Origin: Paraspadella gotoi
Lineage: Eukaryota > Animalia > Chaetognatha
NCBI GenBank assembly: GCA_051294375.1
Contig: CM119266.1
Coordinates: 5,693,053 to 5,757,052 of the forward strand
Direction of reading: 5' to 3'
Length of the DNA: 64,000 bases
Part shown: positions 26,333 through 39,693 of the stretch, one piece after another
Layout: each line of letters begins with the position of its first letter
How positions within the stretch are numbered: the first letter of the stretch is position 1
Made by a program: the position numbers and the translations under genes
The notes under the pieces: generated by a model
What the model saw: the letters and a program-made list of their open reading frames with translations, nothing else
The model's database searches: none
What the model was told of the DNA's origin: nothing

Positions 26333-29301
26333 CTGAAGGGTGGGGGTAAGGGGTAGGGAGAAGGGGAAAGATAAGGGAGTGGGCGATAAGGGTTGGTAGA
26401 AACGTAAAGAAGAATGCGTGAAAAATCGATTGCATGTGAAAGTGATGCGTGAGAAGCAAAAAAAAAGGGAGGGAGAAGAAATTAATGATTTCGGTTGTAG
26501 AAAACAAAGAAGACAATGGTGGGTGGATAGGGGAGAAATAATGAATGGTAGGGGAGAAAAAAAAGGGATCGTGGCAAGGCGGGGGGGGACAGTTAAAAAA
26601 GAGGGATTTTTTGGCTTTGGAGGCCTCGACGTAAAAAAGTCGTAAAAAACATTCGTGTTTAATAATCGCCGGTAAAAAAAGTTTTTGATGGAGGGAAAGA
26701 GATGGAGGGAGAGCACGAGGGGGGGCTGAAGAGAAAAGCGCTTAAATGAGAGAACAGGCATCTCAGAGAAGTTTAACGAGTTGTTAGGAATAGAGAGGAT
26801 CGAAAGTAAGTAGTAAAACCAAGGACCACCAACAACGGAGCACAAAAAATGTACGGAGAGAAGGAGAGAGAAAGCCGTTAACGGTTTAGGACCGCGGGCG
26901 AGAGATAGAGAGAGAGGGGAGAACAGAGAAAAGTTTTAAGCCTAGGTACAATACCAAAGCATTCTGCAAAAAGAAACGGATTGACCCGGGAAACGAAACA
27001 AAAGACAAAAAAAAAACAAAAAACAAACAGAATAAAAAACAACAAATAAGAAGGTCGGTTTCGTTTGAAGCGCCTATGGATAAAACCGCGGTTCATTTGT
27101 TCGAAATAAAAATCGAGGAAAAAACCGTGAAACGAAATCGCGTCAACACGGATCGTTGATTTATTTTGAAAAAGAGAAAAAGGGGGCAAGAGATCCGTGA
27201 AAGAAATGAGTGAAACGCGGTGAAGCATGAAGCGGTGAAGTGAGAGTTTTGGAGCGAGAGAGAATCAAATGTGTTCGCTGTGAATGAGAATGAAGAAAAT
27301 CCATCTTTTCTCAAACTTTTCATTTTGATTAAGTGACAAAAAAGAACCCGTTTGGTTAACTGGAAAAATCACGATTCGATCTCCCCCCCAAAAAAGGGGG
27401 GAGGGGGTAGAAGTTCTAGGAAATCACTCAAGGGCGAGTAGACTTTGACACATTGTCTTCGCTCTGCCCGAAAAACGACGCCTCTTGGCGGGCTGCCGCG
27501 GGCTGCCCCCTTAACGAGAAGATTAATGAAGGAGAGAGGCGGACCCACCACGGATCCCTTCGACGGGCCCCTTCACCCACCGCTCACAACAATCCCGCCT
27601 CTTCACTCCGCCGCCGTGAAAAATGGTCTGTGAGAAACGAGTAGCCGGATTTGTGAATGGGGTGTTTGCGAGCGTGGTGAAAGCGTCAAAGTTGTGTGAC
27701 GAGTTTTTCCTTTTGATCTTACTTGTCTAATTTTATTTGTATCAGGGTTTAGATAGAGAATAGCTTCTGTTTGGAAATTACTTTAGTTTACTGATAGCTA
27801 AATTAGCACTTTTGGAAATATGTGGAATTGGAGTTCTTAAATCTATTACAAGTAGAAGATATAAAACCAAAGAAAAAGTAAAACGTCCCACATGCGAGAG
27901 AACCTTATATATTTGTTTGTGAAAGAGAATCAAAATGTAGCTTTTAACAAAGCTTAGAACATGAAGGAGTCCAGTCAAAAAATGTTCCTCACCCCAAGTA
28001 GAATAAAAAGTAGTGGATAGGAAATAGAGAGATGACGACGAGAGGAGACACGCCCCAAAAGAAAATAAAAGAAAGAAAAACGTGAGAAAACCTCACTTCC
28101 TCTCGGCGAAACCTCGCCTTTCCCTCGCGTACGATTCTCCGTCGCTCTTTCGGAAGCCAATCCGGTTGGAGGAGACAGAGAAGGGGGGGGAGGATGTGAT
28201 TTCTAACGCCCGGGGAAAGTATTTGTGAATATTGTGAATATCACGAGTGTTTGTGAATTTATGCATCGTTCTCGCTCAGCAACGGGAGTTGGGGGGGGGG
28301 AACGAAATAACGAGAAAGCCGAAACTTTGTGTTTTGGTCACGTGATTTTCGAATTATTCATTGTTTGTTTTTTTGTTTATGGTCGAAGGTTTTTGAGGCG
28401 ACTAAACTCGTATGAACTTTTTTATACAATTTTTTTTTAAATCTCATTTCGCTCGAACGAGTGACTTTTTTTCGCTTCTGTTTAAAACCTTGAAACATTA
28501 AAGGGATGTTTTTTTCGGTATGAAAGTCTGTCGAATCAAACTTTGCCTAACGCCCTCTCTCTCTCTCTCTCTCTCTCTTAAAAATTAAAAAAAAGAAGTC
28601 TAATCTGTACCAGTTGTTGTTCGTGTTCTCGTGTAGCGTTCGTGACATGGGCCTCGGCCAAAGTAAAACCGATATTTAAGCCAAAAACCGAAAAACAAAA
28701 AAAAGAGAAAAGGTTGAGAACGCCCCGTCTCACGCGCCAAGGGATCCTCGATCGACCAAAGAGGCGGGAATTCCGATAATTTTCCGGCCAATCAGCGTCG
28801 CGCTTAACGACCCGGCCAAAATTTTTTTTTTCTCTAAAAATCTCGAGATTGAGTATCAAAGAAAATCTCCCGACCGCGGGGAGTTGAGATGATTGGGAGG
28901 GGAGTGGAGATGGTGAGGGGAAGGGGGTGAGGCGAGGGGAAGATGGGCTTTGAGGATTGGGGGAGCTCGACCCCAAGTCAAAGTCGAACCGGAGAGGATC
29001 GACCAGAGGGAGCTGGGGAAGGAGAAGGCGTCTGAGGGAGGAGGGGGAGAGAGAAAGAGAGAGGCTGACAAAAACATTTTTTGAAGAGGAGAGAATGAAA
29101 AGGGAAATGTCACTCATTGTCAAGAATCGAGGACGAAGATCGATGATGTTTGGGATGAGAGAGAGAGAGAGATTCGAAATAGGAGCGAAAATAAATCGGT
29201 GAAATCGTACGAAGAGCGTAATGTACATATGATTACTGCGTCTCACACTTTTTATTTACGAAATCTAAATGACGCGATAAATGGAAGTATCACGGGGGGG
29301 G

Positions 29302-29574
29302 CACTGAGAAAGCTTGTATAGAGAGACCTCCAGGTTAAACTCCCGCTCTTCTCCGGACCCACCAATCGCCACACTGAGAAAGCTTGTATAGAGAGACCTC
29401 AGGTTAAACTCCCGCTCTTCTCCGGACCCACCAATCGCCTACACTGAGAAAGCTTGTATAGAGAGACCTCCAGGTTAAACTCCCGCTCTTCTCCGGACCC
29501 ACCAATCGCCTACACTGAGAAAGCTTGTATAGAGAGACCTCCAGGTTAAACTCCGCTCTTCTCCGGACCCACCA
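29302..29574. repeat. Tandem repeat, ~3.9 near-identical units of 70-71 nt (cactgagaaagcttgtatagagagacctccaggttaaactcccgctcttctccggacccaccaatcgccta)
   Basis: Units start at 29302, 29372, 29442 and 29513, with no unique spacers. Confidence 0.97.
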
Positions 29575-30294
29575 GCAAAATGGTCTTTCTTTATGCCCCC
29601 AGCCTACCCACCTCCTTCATTTTGGTTCGAAATTTATTGACTCAGCAATTCTTAAATTTTTATATTTTATTGATAATTTTATTATCTTCTTTCTTGAGCT
29701 ATCTTGATGGAAGCTAACAAAAAAAATTAATTTGCCATTAACCATTTTTTTAAAAATTATATTGCTTTGATATACTTTTTAACTAAACAATACTATATAG
29801 TCTGAAGATTTTTATCTTATTTTAAAATACTGCAATATGTGAATTAAGAAATTAATAAACAAGTTTGCCGTAAACAATGTCGGATCTGCCCACGATCATT
29901 ATCGGTAATTAAATAATTAATAGTATTATGATAATTAATTAATTATTAATTATAATTAATTAACTTATATCCGAAATATTATTCATGGCTCCGAGATTTA
30001 GTCTATCTCTCACTCTTCTCTCTCTCTCTCTCTCATACACGCGTTTGTCGTTCTCGATTTTGGATCACTTTAACTTCTTTGTGACGTTGTCGTCGTTGTC
30101 TTCGTCTGCGTCGGCGTCACGCTTTTTCTCTTCTTTCTTTCTCTTTCTTTCACTTATACATGCATTTGTTTTATTTACGATGAACGATTCATCGTGTCAA
30201 TGAATGATTATCATCATATCAATGAATGACTATCATCGCATCAATCATATGCTTATCATCGCATAAATTATTGGTTATTAGTTATCATCGCGTC

Positions 30295-30700
30295 TATTTT
30301 TTGTCTTTATTTTTTATTTCTTTATTTTCTTTCTTGTCAGGCGAGATCCTATTCTTTTAAGATTTTTTAAAATTGTTTTCTTTCTTTCTTTCTTTCTTTC
30401 TTTCTTTCCTCTTTTCTCTTTCTTTCCTGTTCTCTCTTTTTCTTCCCTGCCTCTCTCTCTATTTCTGTCTCTCTTTTTTTTTTTTCTCGTCTCTCTCCTT
30501 TTTTCCTTCCATCTCTTCTCCTTTTTTTCCTTCAATCTCTTTTCTCTTTTTTTTCTTCCATCTTTCTCTCTCTCTTTTTTATTTCCGTCTCTTTTTTTCT
30601 TTCCGACTGTTTCTTTTCTTTCTTCTTTTTTTCTCTCCTTCTCTCTCTCTCTCTTTCCTTTTTTAATTTCTACTGTCTTATTCGTTTTTTCTGTCTTTAT
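30295..30700. repeat. Long polypyrimidine (T/C) low-complexity tract inside the insertion
   Basis: ~400 nt consisting almost only of T and C. Confidence 0.9.
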
Positions 30701-30807
30701 TCATTGTATATTAATTTTACTATTATTGTTTGGTGATAAATGCTCATTACTTAATTAAATTAACTTCAAACTTTATATATTTTATTATTATTGATTTGAA
30801 ATTTTAT

Positions 30808-31105
30808 CTGTAGTTATTTTCTTAGTAAATTCAACGATTTGACTACTCTCCTGATAGAGCTTATTACTCTGTTAAAACTTAAAACCCCATAAATCCGCAA
30901 ACCATAAGGATCATGGGATCACAGTCCTGACTGTTAAGAATAATATAAGTGTTCTCTTTGATTAAACTTTAATAAACGAGTAACTGAAAGTAAAATTAAT
31001 TTTTTCGCTCATTTTGTAGTTAATTTCTTAGTAATTTTGACGATTTGACTCTCTCCTGATATAGCTTATTACTCTGTTAAAACTCAAAACCGCATAAAAC
31101 CGCAA
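30808..31105. repeat. Diverged direct repeat of ~95 nt (about 30808-30900 and 31014-31105), with a partial third copy near 31215
   Basis: Shared tgtagtta..ttcttagtaa..acgatttgact..ctctcctgata.agcttattactctgttaaaact.aaaacc.cataaa.ccgcaa. Confidence 0.85.
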
Positions 31106-34100
31106 TACACTATTATTAATGAATAATAGTTCTAACTATTAAAATAGTTGACAGTTTCCATAGAAATTAAACCTGGTTAAACCAGTAACTTAATGGTAAA
31201 GAAAAAATTTTAATCATTTTGTAGTTAATTTCTTATATATAAAAATAATTATTTGTGACTGGACAAGTACAATGAAAAAAATCATTTCTCTCTCACTTTT
31301 AGAGATTAAGAAAAACCGCAACGACATGCTCATGCTAAAACCTTATGTTATGTATTAAAGATAGATAAAACCATTTATATTATCAATTATAATTAAACGA
31401 GCCTATTATATTAAAAACTTGTCTTTTTCCTTAAAATGAATAGTAAATTACCTCCTAATAATGCTTAAAAATATTAAATACCGAAAAAGGCATAAAAAAT
31501 TATAAAACCAGATGATGGTTTTCGGAAAGAATGATAAAACAGCTTCAAGATCTCATATTACAATTGGAATATGTACTTTTAGTAAGGAACTGCATCAATT
31601 AAATAAAACATGTTTTTATCTAAAAGGCGTCAAAGATAGGGAGACCGGTAGAAAAAGATAGGTTTGGATTGGAAGGTTTTTTCTCGGTATAAGCCTTTCA
31701 GATCGCTTACTATTGAACCCTTCTTTTAAAATTAGATTACCCGCTACTGGGTTCAGGATATTTTCCTGGAGGCATGTGGCACCGTGGGGGGGGAGATGGT
31801 TAATTTCTCATATCTTTCTCTCCCAGAAGAACGGATATACCACGAAGGCGAGGGGAGAGGGTTGGCTTAAAAGTTTGGAAGGAATGATCCAAACATTACC
31901 CAGAGAGATGGGAAACATCTTTCTCCAAAATTGCTCGGCCGTATCGCGTATCATCCGCTCGTGCTTTTAGCTCCGTTTCGCAACAACGCAAACATCATGT
32001 TCTCATTCCATCGCCGAGATTTAAAACCAAAATAAATCCGCCACTATACACGTTTTTCATCTGTTTTAAAATATCTCCGAAAAAAAAAAGAGAAATAATT
32101 TGTCTTGATTAAATTTTTACAAAATATATCCAATTCGTGTCTTTTAAACTGAAATTGAGTTTTGGATTAAAAGCACGATTTAATAAAATAAACAAAAGAA
32201 AGATTACGATATTTTTAAAACGCCGCTTTAGCTATAACGCATAGTAAAGAAAATTATTTTGATAACTAATATCAAATGTTTAAACAGTTACTAAATTCTT
32301 ACATTAATACATCGATATACAAAATATTTCCTTAAACGCTCTGCGCGACTGTAAAGCGACATCTGTAAGCTGTTATCCGAATATGTCTGACATGTGTTTT
32401 GCTGGAGCGTCCTCTGAGACTTGAATATCGTCTTTCAAAAGGCCGATACAATTTCATAAATGGAAGGGGCCTGGCTCTGGGAGCAAGATTTTTCCAGACG
32501 TCAAAATCTATTTAGAATGAAATGTAAGGTAAGCCTTTAAGACAGAACAGTTGTGTAACAAAGAAAGGTTTATTCATATATAATTTTTATAGAATTAAAA
32601 ATATCCGGGAAATACGAGAATAAAACCGAAGCAATTTACTCTTACTTAAACCACTTGACCCTCCTCTGGATAAATAATAGAGAGAAAGATAGGATTTCAA
32701 TCACAAAAGGTTCATCAAAAGGCAGAGATATAGAGTCTTCTCTTTCTCTCAATGACCGCAACTAAAGGACTCAGCAGTTATTTGACCCCAGAAATGAAGA
32801 AGTCGGTATCACTGCGGCGAGAGTGAAGAATCTGATAGTTGTTATCGTGAAATGTGATATCATCTCCAAGACGCGGCTGAGAAAAACATAAGTCGATACA
32901 GTGATCTCGGTGTAAAATCAAGATTATATATATTCGATAAAGCTGTTTTAAGACAGTTCAGAAACTACACTGTATGTACTTTCACTACTCGAATACAAAA
33001 CCCTTATTAGATTAATAATACGTCTAGATAATTACATAATTACATCTGACTAAAAGAAACGTATCGCATCACAGCGACACAAAATCGATAACAATTCATC
33101 GAGAAATGAAATTAATCCTTCATGACATCTACAACACAGAATGAAAACCCAAAAAACATCGTGAGTGACATGAGACGATTATGTCCAATTATCACTCTCT
33201 CTCTCTCCAGATAGAATCACCGATCACAAGAGGAAAAACCGAACTGCGAGCCGAACGTAACCCGACTAACCAGAACAATGAAAGAGAGGATTCGTGGGTG
33301 ACTTAAGGCGGATTAAGGGTGTCAATGATTCTTGCATTGTCCGTGTTAACCCGGGGCGCCCGGCTTTATTTTTCTCTTTCTTTATTCTTCACGCACACAG
33401 TTTTTCTCTCTCTCTCTCTCGGACCGGAGGTTTTAATCTAAGAATAATAGGGGCGGCAACATCACAAGGATGAAAAACAGAAGGGGAGGCGAAAGGGGAT
33501 TTTTTTTCTTTCCTCGTTTCGATCGACGATCGGATGTTGTGTTGGGGATAGAACTCGATTCGCCATCGGGAGGGAGAAGAAATGTTGGATTATTAAAAGA
33601 ACAACTGTTGAACATTGAGGTTCCCTTTTTTTATGTGGGGTGGGAAAAAAACGGAAAATAAAACGTGATCAGAAATAATATAATTAATGATTAATGAAAA
33701 CATTTTTAAATGGTCTGTTTAAAGCTTCAAAAAGAAAAGAATCTATAAAAATCGCGTCAATCACAAACGACGACAGTTCCTCAATCACAAACGACGTCAG
33801 TTCACAAAGAGAAACAAAAACCTTAAACGATTTTCCTCCTTTTCAATTAATTCCGACTTTTTCTTGACAAAAAAAAAGAGAAAACGACCCGCAGGTTGAG
33901 CGAGAGGCCAATTTTCGGGAGGAGAAAATGTCCCCCCAGTTGCCAGAAAAAATGGGCCGCAATTCCTCGAGGCGAGAACAAGATCATTTCTTATTCCTCC
34001 CGAAATTCTTGCTTCGGCAATCAATTTTCGGGCGTCAACTGCTTGTCTCTTCTTTGCCTCGTTTGGGGAGAGAGAGAGAGAGAGAGAGAATAGCTTGGGA

Positions 34101-34544
34101 ATTCTAAAACGAAAAGAAGAATCGAATGGAAAAGAAAAAAAATCCTTTTCATTTGAGGAAACAAAGAAACGATACCAACACCTCCTTTCCCCCTCGCCCC
34201 CCTTCACCGCCAGCAGAGAAGAACTTCACGGTCGAGAAAATCGAGGAAAATATGACAGTGACCGCCTTTGGTCAGTGAACCGCAAGGGTCAAAGGGTCTT
34301 CGCGGCAGAAGTATCACGTCAAAAAACCGTTACTGGATAAAAAAAAGATCTGGAAAAAATATTAAAAGCTCGCACGCGTCTTGCTATGTATAAAACATTC
34401 AATATTATATAATCATTTATGACATAATAATATATAAGCCGAGTGAAAACACAACCCAAGTTCCGATGCGGGTGAGCGGGGGTCGTTCCGAGAGACTTCC
34501 AAGCGTCAAGAAATCGGTTCAGTCGAAGAGAGAGAGAGAGAGAG

Positions 34545-34590
<46 letters not shown>

Positions 34591-35466
34591 CCTCGGATAA
34601 AAATCCTCCCCGACCCCGAGTTCACGGATCAATTACTATCTCTTCTCGCGTCTCCTCGGCGATGATTGACTCGGGGAGGTTGCGGCTCCGCAGCGGCGGC
34701 GGGCAGAGAGCGGCGGATACGCGCGCAGGCAGCAAGACGAGCGGCAGGGCGGCGCCCTTTTTCCTCTGACCGAATCTCTCCAGAGCCGCGAGGGGCGACG
34801 ATTAACGAGGAGAGAAGAGAGGGGGGAGGCGTTGGCCCTATCGAATACCGTTCCCAATAGGGGGGGGACTGTGGGGGAGAGAGATTAGGGATGGCGATGC
34901 GGGGAGAAAAGAGAGAGAGATAGGAATGTTTATGAATTGCTACAACTGATTTTATTGCCGAGAGCCTCGCATTATTGTCGCGATTGTTAAATCGGTTGAC
35001 GGGGAGTCATCGACTCGTGAAAGGACCACCCACTGACGAATCGAAAAATCGATCATGATCGGCTATTGAACGGATGGCGGAGGGATGATTATTTCTAATA
35101 TTTTAATATTATCATTATATATATAAAATAGAGTGTCAAAAGTGACTCAAAATCGTGAATAGGAGACAAAAATTTATAAGGCCAGGACGTAAGTCTATTA
35201 CTTTAGCTAAGAAATAAATTGACATTTTAATAAAAATACATACTATGCAACAAATTTTCAAAACGGAACCAAAAAAAATTCGATCAAAACAGATAAAGTT
35301 AAAACCAAACAAGAAAAAACTCGTAGAGGCAACAGAGAATCAACCTTCAGAAATAAAAAAAAGAATTTGAAACGATTGAAAAAAAAAGCCTATTTGCTCG
35401 CGGAATTAAGGCGCATTGATCATGTTGCAACCGCTGTCCGACAGGCTTTGTTGGTGTCACACAGGC

Positions 35467-35512
<46 letters not shown>

Positions 35513-37020
35513 TCGATTGTCCCTCTCACATCGCGGCCGTTCTGTTTCAGCTGGAAAGATCGATGTGAAAATCCGAGAGGGACACGCAAAAAGGAAGTTT
35601 CCCTCACGCCTCCCGACTTGCCCACTTCCAACACACTCCGTCGGCAACGCCCCCTCCCCCTTTTCTCAAAACTTCTTTCACGACACCTTCCACCTTCGCA
35701 CCAATCTCACACACCCTCCTCACAACTCCCCCCCTTCATTTAGATTAAACGGAAATCCTTAATCCCTCCTTCGCCGACCGAGAGAAGAACCGATTTTTTT
35801 TTTCATTTCCGATTTGAGAGAACGAATTTATTTGCCTTCACATTCGGCTCGGCTTTTAAATATAAACATGTTACATTCATTATGTCATATAAAATAAAAT
35901 ATAAACAAGTCGCAGGAAAGACAAACGTGGAGACGCTCTATGGTTTTGAAATCGCGATCGTCATCGTTTTCATCATCGTCGTCGTCGTCGGCGGCGGCAG
36001 GGGGAAAGATATTGTCAACAGAATCTTTCCACTAATGGAGAGCCCTTGCCTCCGCGTCTATATCCTGTATTTTGGGAAAAGAAAAAAAAAGAAGAAAGAA
36101 AGAAAAAGGAAACTCCTTCCTCCGCCTCTTCTTCCTCCTCCTCCTTGCGCCTTTGTTTGGGAACCCGCACGTGACTTCGACGTCGGCCGCGTCGAAGGGA
36201 AAATGAAGGCCGCCACGCCCCCCCTCTCCCCCACGTCTTTTTTAGCGCGCGGAGAGAGGAAAAGGGTGGGAAAGGTAAGAGTTGGGGGGAGGGTGAGGGT
36301 AAAACGCCGTCTGTCCAAGGCTGGGGGTATTAAAGCGAGGATTTATCGCGGATGAGAATTAAAAGGGAGAGAGATGGAGCGAAAAGGAGGGAGATGGAGT
36401 GAAATGAAGCGACGACTTTAAATCTCTCGTTTAAAAAATGAAAAAAAAGGCGAAGGGGGTGAGGTGAGGGGGGAGAGAGAAGAGGGGGAAAGAGAGGATG
36501 GGGGAGAGAGGGGAGAAGAAGGGGAAGAGAAGAAGGGGAGAGAGAGAAGCGTTTGCTTCGACGTCGGAGGCGAAAAGGGTCATTTTCAGGTCATCTGAAC
36601 TGCAATTCTATGGAACAGCGAGATCAGGAACTATTTAAAATGACAACGACCGAAATCGGAAAAAAAAGGAACTAAAATGTAAAAACTGACAAATATTCAT
36701 CCGAAAAGACAAATACGGTATTTTTTTGAATGGAGAAAACTGAGATAGAATGACAAAGTAAAATGACTAAATTTCCTTTCGTTTATCGTTGACAGATTTC
36801 GACCGAAATTTGTCAGAATATAACATAGTACATCACAAGGTTGTAAGTGCGAGTGTCAATCTTTCTCTCTCTCCATCGGCGCTTAAACGAGGTCGTCGTT
36901 GTGTGCGTCATTCCACAAAATCGACGAATGTTTGATACAAGAAAAACAAACAAAAACGAAAAGGGGATGATCGGCGAAACGCGAAAAAGAGGGATTAGAC
37001 AGTAGAAAAGCTGCGAAAAT

Positions 37021-37092
<72 letters not shown>

Positions 37093-37465
37093 AATGAAGG
37101 AAGGGGTTTAGCGTGTCGGAAAAGTAAAGGTAGGGTCTGATAATTCGGCGTCTCGCGAAAGATCAGTAAACTCAAAAGGGACGGGCAAACACGACGAACG
37201 AACGAGGGTAAGGAAAACAAAGTGAAAGAGAAACGGGTAAGGAAAGAGAAGGGAATGCGCTGATGTGTATTTTATCCGGGTCTTTGCCAAACATCTACAA
37301 ACAAGAGGGGGACGAAGGAAAGGAATCGAGGGGGGGAACATTTTCGGGCCTCGAAAAGCAAAAAAAATTTCATTACTCGCTATTTAGGCAATCGGCCGCC
37401 GTATTTAGTTGAGAGGCTAATAAATTTGATATAAGACAAAAGAAAATAAATAAAATGGTACTTAC

Positions 37466-37468
37466 GTA
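37466..37468 (-). CDS. SOWAH: Candidate 3-nt microexon TAC (Tyr) of the SOWAH gene
   Basis: Minus strand reads aatCAG|TAC|GTAAGT, preceded by ~78 nt free of AG and containing an upstream-shifted pyrimidine tract. It supplies the Y of the expected G-Y-(T/S)-A-L-H-W. Retained in the second copy at 62895-62897. Confidence 0.7.
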
Positions 37469-38438
37469 CTGATTCGGCGAAATAGTTCGAAGGCGAAATT
37501 GTTTAGGGGAGGAAAAAAAATTGGAGGAGAAAGTAATTAATTAATAAGCTGTAGTTGTGACAATCAACTATTCAAACCGCCACGACAATCACGGAATATT
37601 TCCTTTGCGGGAAAGAGAGAGATGGTTAAATCCCTTCGTGACCTAAAGTTCGGGAGGGGCGATATAGGGGGGAGTCTTCCAGTCTGCAATGACGAATCGG
37701 CAGCGCTAGAAATTCAGTAACGTCTTAGTACTATTACAACCGCAATTAAGTCTTTAAGAGAGAAATTAAAGACCCCCAAGTAAAAAAAATTAGTCAAACT
37801 GGGCTATCTTGCTATTAGCCAATTTCTAAATCGCAACCCAATGGTCTCCGCCATATGGTTTAAAATAAATATCTTCTTCACTGAAAGCGTCAGCAGCTGT
37901 TTTTTTGTTTCGAGAGATATCAATCGAAGAATGGCTCGCGATAAACGAAGGGGACTCCCCGACCTTCGAATTAGATTTTCGTATTTTAAAAAAGACAAAA
38001 CCAGCGCTGACTTTAGTCCACGTGCGTTAGATAATGAAACAAAGCGCTGATTGCACGGGGGCGTTCGTTATGTTTCGTGTTTTATTCCATCTCTTTCCAG
38101 CGCTTGGGCGCCGGTCAATTCGCTCGCTTCGTTAATTATATATTTGTCCGTAGTGGTGTTGAAGGAATTACGTCTGGTTTTTCTTTTTATTTTTTTTTCT
38201 GAATTACTAATCAATTATAACCTTCGCCAATTGTTTGAGGTATGATTTTGATGGATGGGATTTTTTGTTCTCTGCCATGAATGAAGGTTGGAGATGTCTG
38301 ACTCTCCTACCCTTTTTTTAAAGAGTCTTTCAGTAGCTGAGCGGCGGTTACCTCATACCTGGCCGCGAGTCTCTGAACACAATAGAACCGAGGCTAATTT
38401 AATTTTTCTTTGCCTTCCTTTTTTGACATTTTCTTCAG

Positions 38439-38450
38439 GATTCATGCTCG
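38439..38450 (+). CDS. SOWAH: Candidate 12-nt microexon GATTCATGCTCG (Asp-Ser-Cys-Ser) of the SOWAH gene, in the inverted block
   Basis: ctaat branch-like motif, strong pyrimidine tract, ttcttCAG|GAT TCA TGC TCG|GTAAGT. It gives D-x-x-S-G-Y-S-A-L-H-W, matching the SOWAH D-F-I-(S/T)-G-(Y/F)-T-x-L-H-W register. Confidence 0.72.
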
Positions 38451-39693
38451 GTAAGTTTTTGGATCTCTATTTTTTTTTAAATTTAAATGTTGCCGTAAGT
38501 ATTTAGCCATTTTCGTTTTTAAGATTTTAATTCTAGTTAAAGCCTACACTTCTAATTTTTTCATTGTAATTATTGTTGTTTCTTTGATTTGCTAAAATTT
38601 CGTTTTTTAGAACAAAAAATTATATTTAAAATATAACGAAACTAGCTTACTCGGAAATATTAATCTATCTGGGAACAAGAACCTAAATTCCAAAAGTCCC
38701 AAAATCAGTGGGTTTTTTTCTTTCATTTTTACGATTTTAAAAAAAAACCTTGAAAACGCATTTCGGAACCGTCTCATTCACGATCCAGCCTTCGCCAAAT
38801 TAGCAATGGAAACCAGAGGTTGTTCTCGGTCGCTTTCCCTTTGTTTCTGTCTCTTCTCTCTTTTTTGTCTCTTTGTCTCTTCCTCTCTATTGTCTCTCTC
38901 TCTCTCTGTCTCTCCACCTTTCATTCTTAGATCCTCGGCGTCGCCCGATTATTTTTCCCCTTCGGTCGCTTCTCCTTTCTCGCCCCTCCATCGGGACGCG
39001 CGACGGAGGCGGGCCGAGGACCGTCTAGGGCGGGCAGAGGGCCTATTGGGGCGGGCAGGCGGTCCCTTTTCCTTTTGTCGCCTCTCTCTCCCACTTCCCC
39101 CTCCACTGACTTTTTTGTTCCAACTTCTTCCCGAATCATCACCGTGAAATACTCCGCGCAGTAAAAGAGGACGCGAAAAAAACAAAGAGGGCCTCCGACT
39201 CGAAAGGCCCTTTGTTGAGTAAATGAGTGCGAGGAGAGAGGAAGAGAGAGAGAGAGAGAGAGAGATATGCATAAAAACGAGAAAGACAGAGACCAGGAAG
39301 AGAGAGACTTCGGTTCTCCACGATATTTTTTTGTGGCGGGAGGTTGCGAGGCAAAAAAAAAAAAAGAAGAAAACAATCGGAAATATTCAAATAACTTCTG
39401 AATTTCTTTTCTTTTTTTTTTCGCGGCCTTGTGTTGTGTGTTCTGACGCTGATGAATGATTATTCACCGACTGGGGGGATCATGGTTAGAAACGTGTAAC
39501 AGCGTCGTGACAAGGATGCGAGAATCGATTTTGGCAGAGATTTAAGATGAATGTTATGGTTGTTCAAGGTTATTAAATTTTTATGCTTTTTTCTCTCTCC
39601 ACCTCTTTTTTTTTTTCTTTTCCTTCCCACCAACCTGGATATTTTTTGGGTCTCCGTTTTGCCCTACCGTTCATCATTGGAATCTCAATGCAG

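Larger units (their letters stand above)
29302..31786. mobile_element. 2.5-kb presence/absence insertion, probable non-autonomous DNA transposon with CAC...GTG termini in a G run
   Basis: Absent from the second copy, which reads gtatcac(G)9agatgg at ~56956-56977. Flanked by G runs on both sides. The left 70-nt repeat unit has a degenerate inverted copy near the right end (31639-31701). No coding capacity seen. Confidence 0.6.

Noticed and set aside
27718-27730. ttAG|ACAA|GTAAGA 4-nt microexon-like site, and a similar 10-nt site at ~16325-16334
   Set aside because: No adequate pyrimidine tract and frame-shifting lengths. Such motifs occur by chance, and only those fitting the ankyrin register were accepted for the SOWAH gene.
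28578-29246. 222-aa minus-strand ORF
   Set aside because: Ser/Leu/Pro/Phe-rich translation of a pyrimidine-biased intron strand, with no splice or domain support.
29302-29574. CRISPR-like regular repeat
   Set aside because: Units are contiguous with no unique spacers, there are no cas genes, and the context is a eukaryotic intron.
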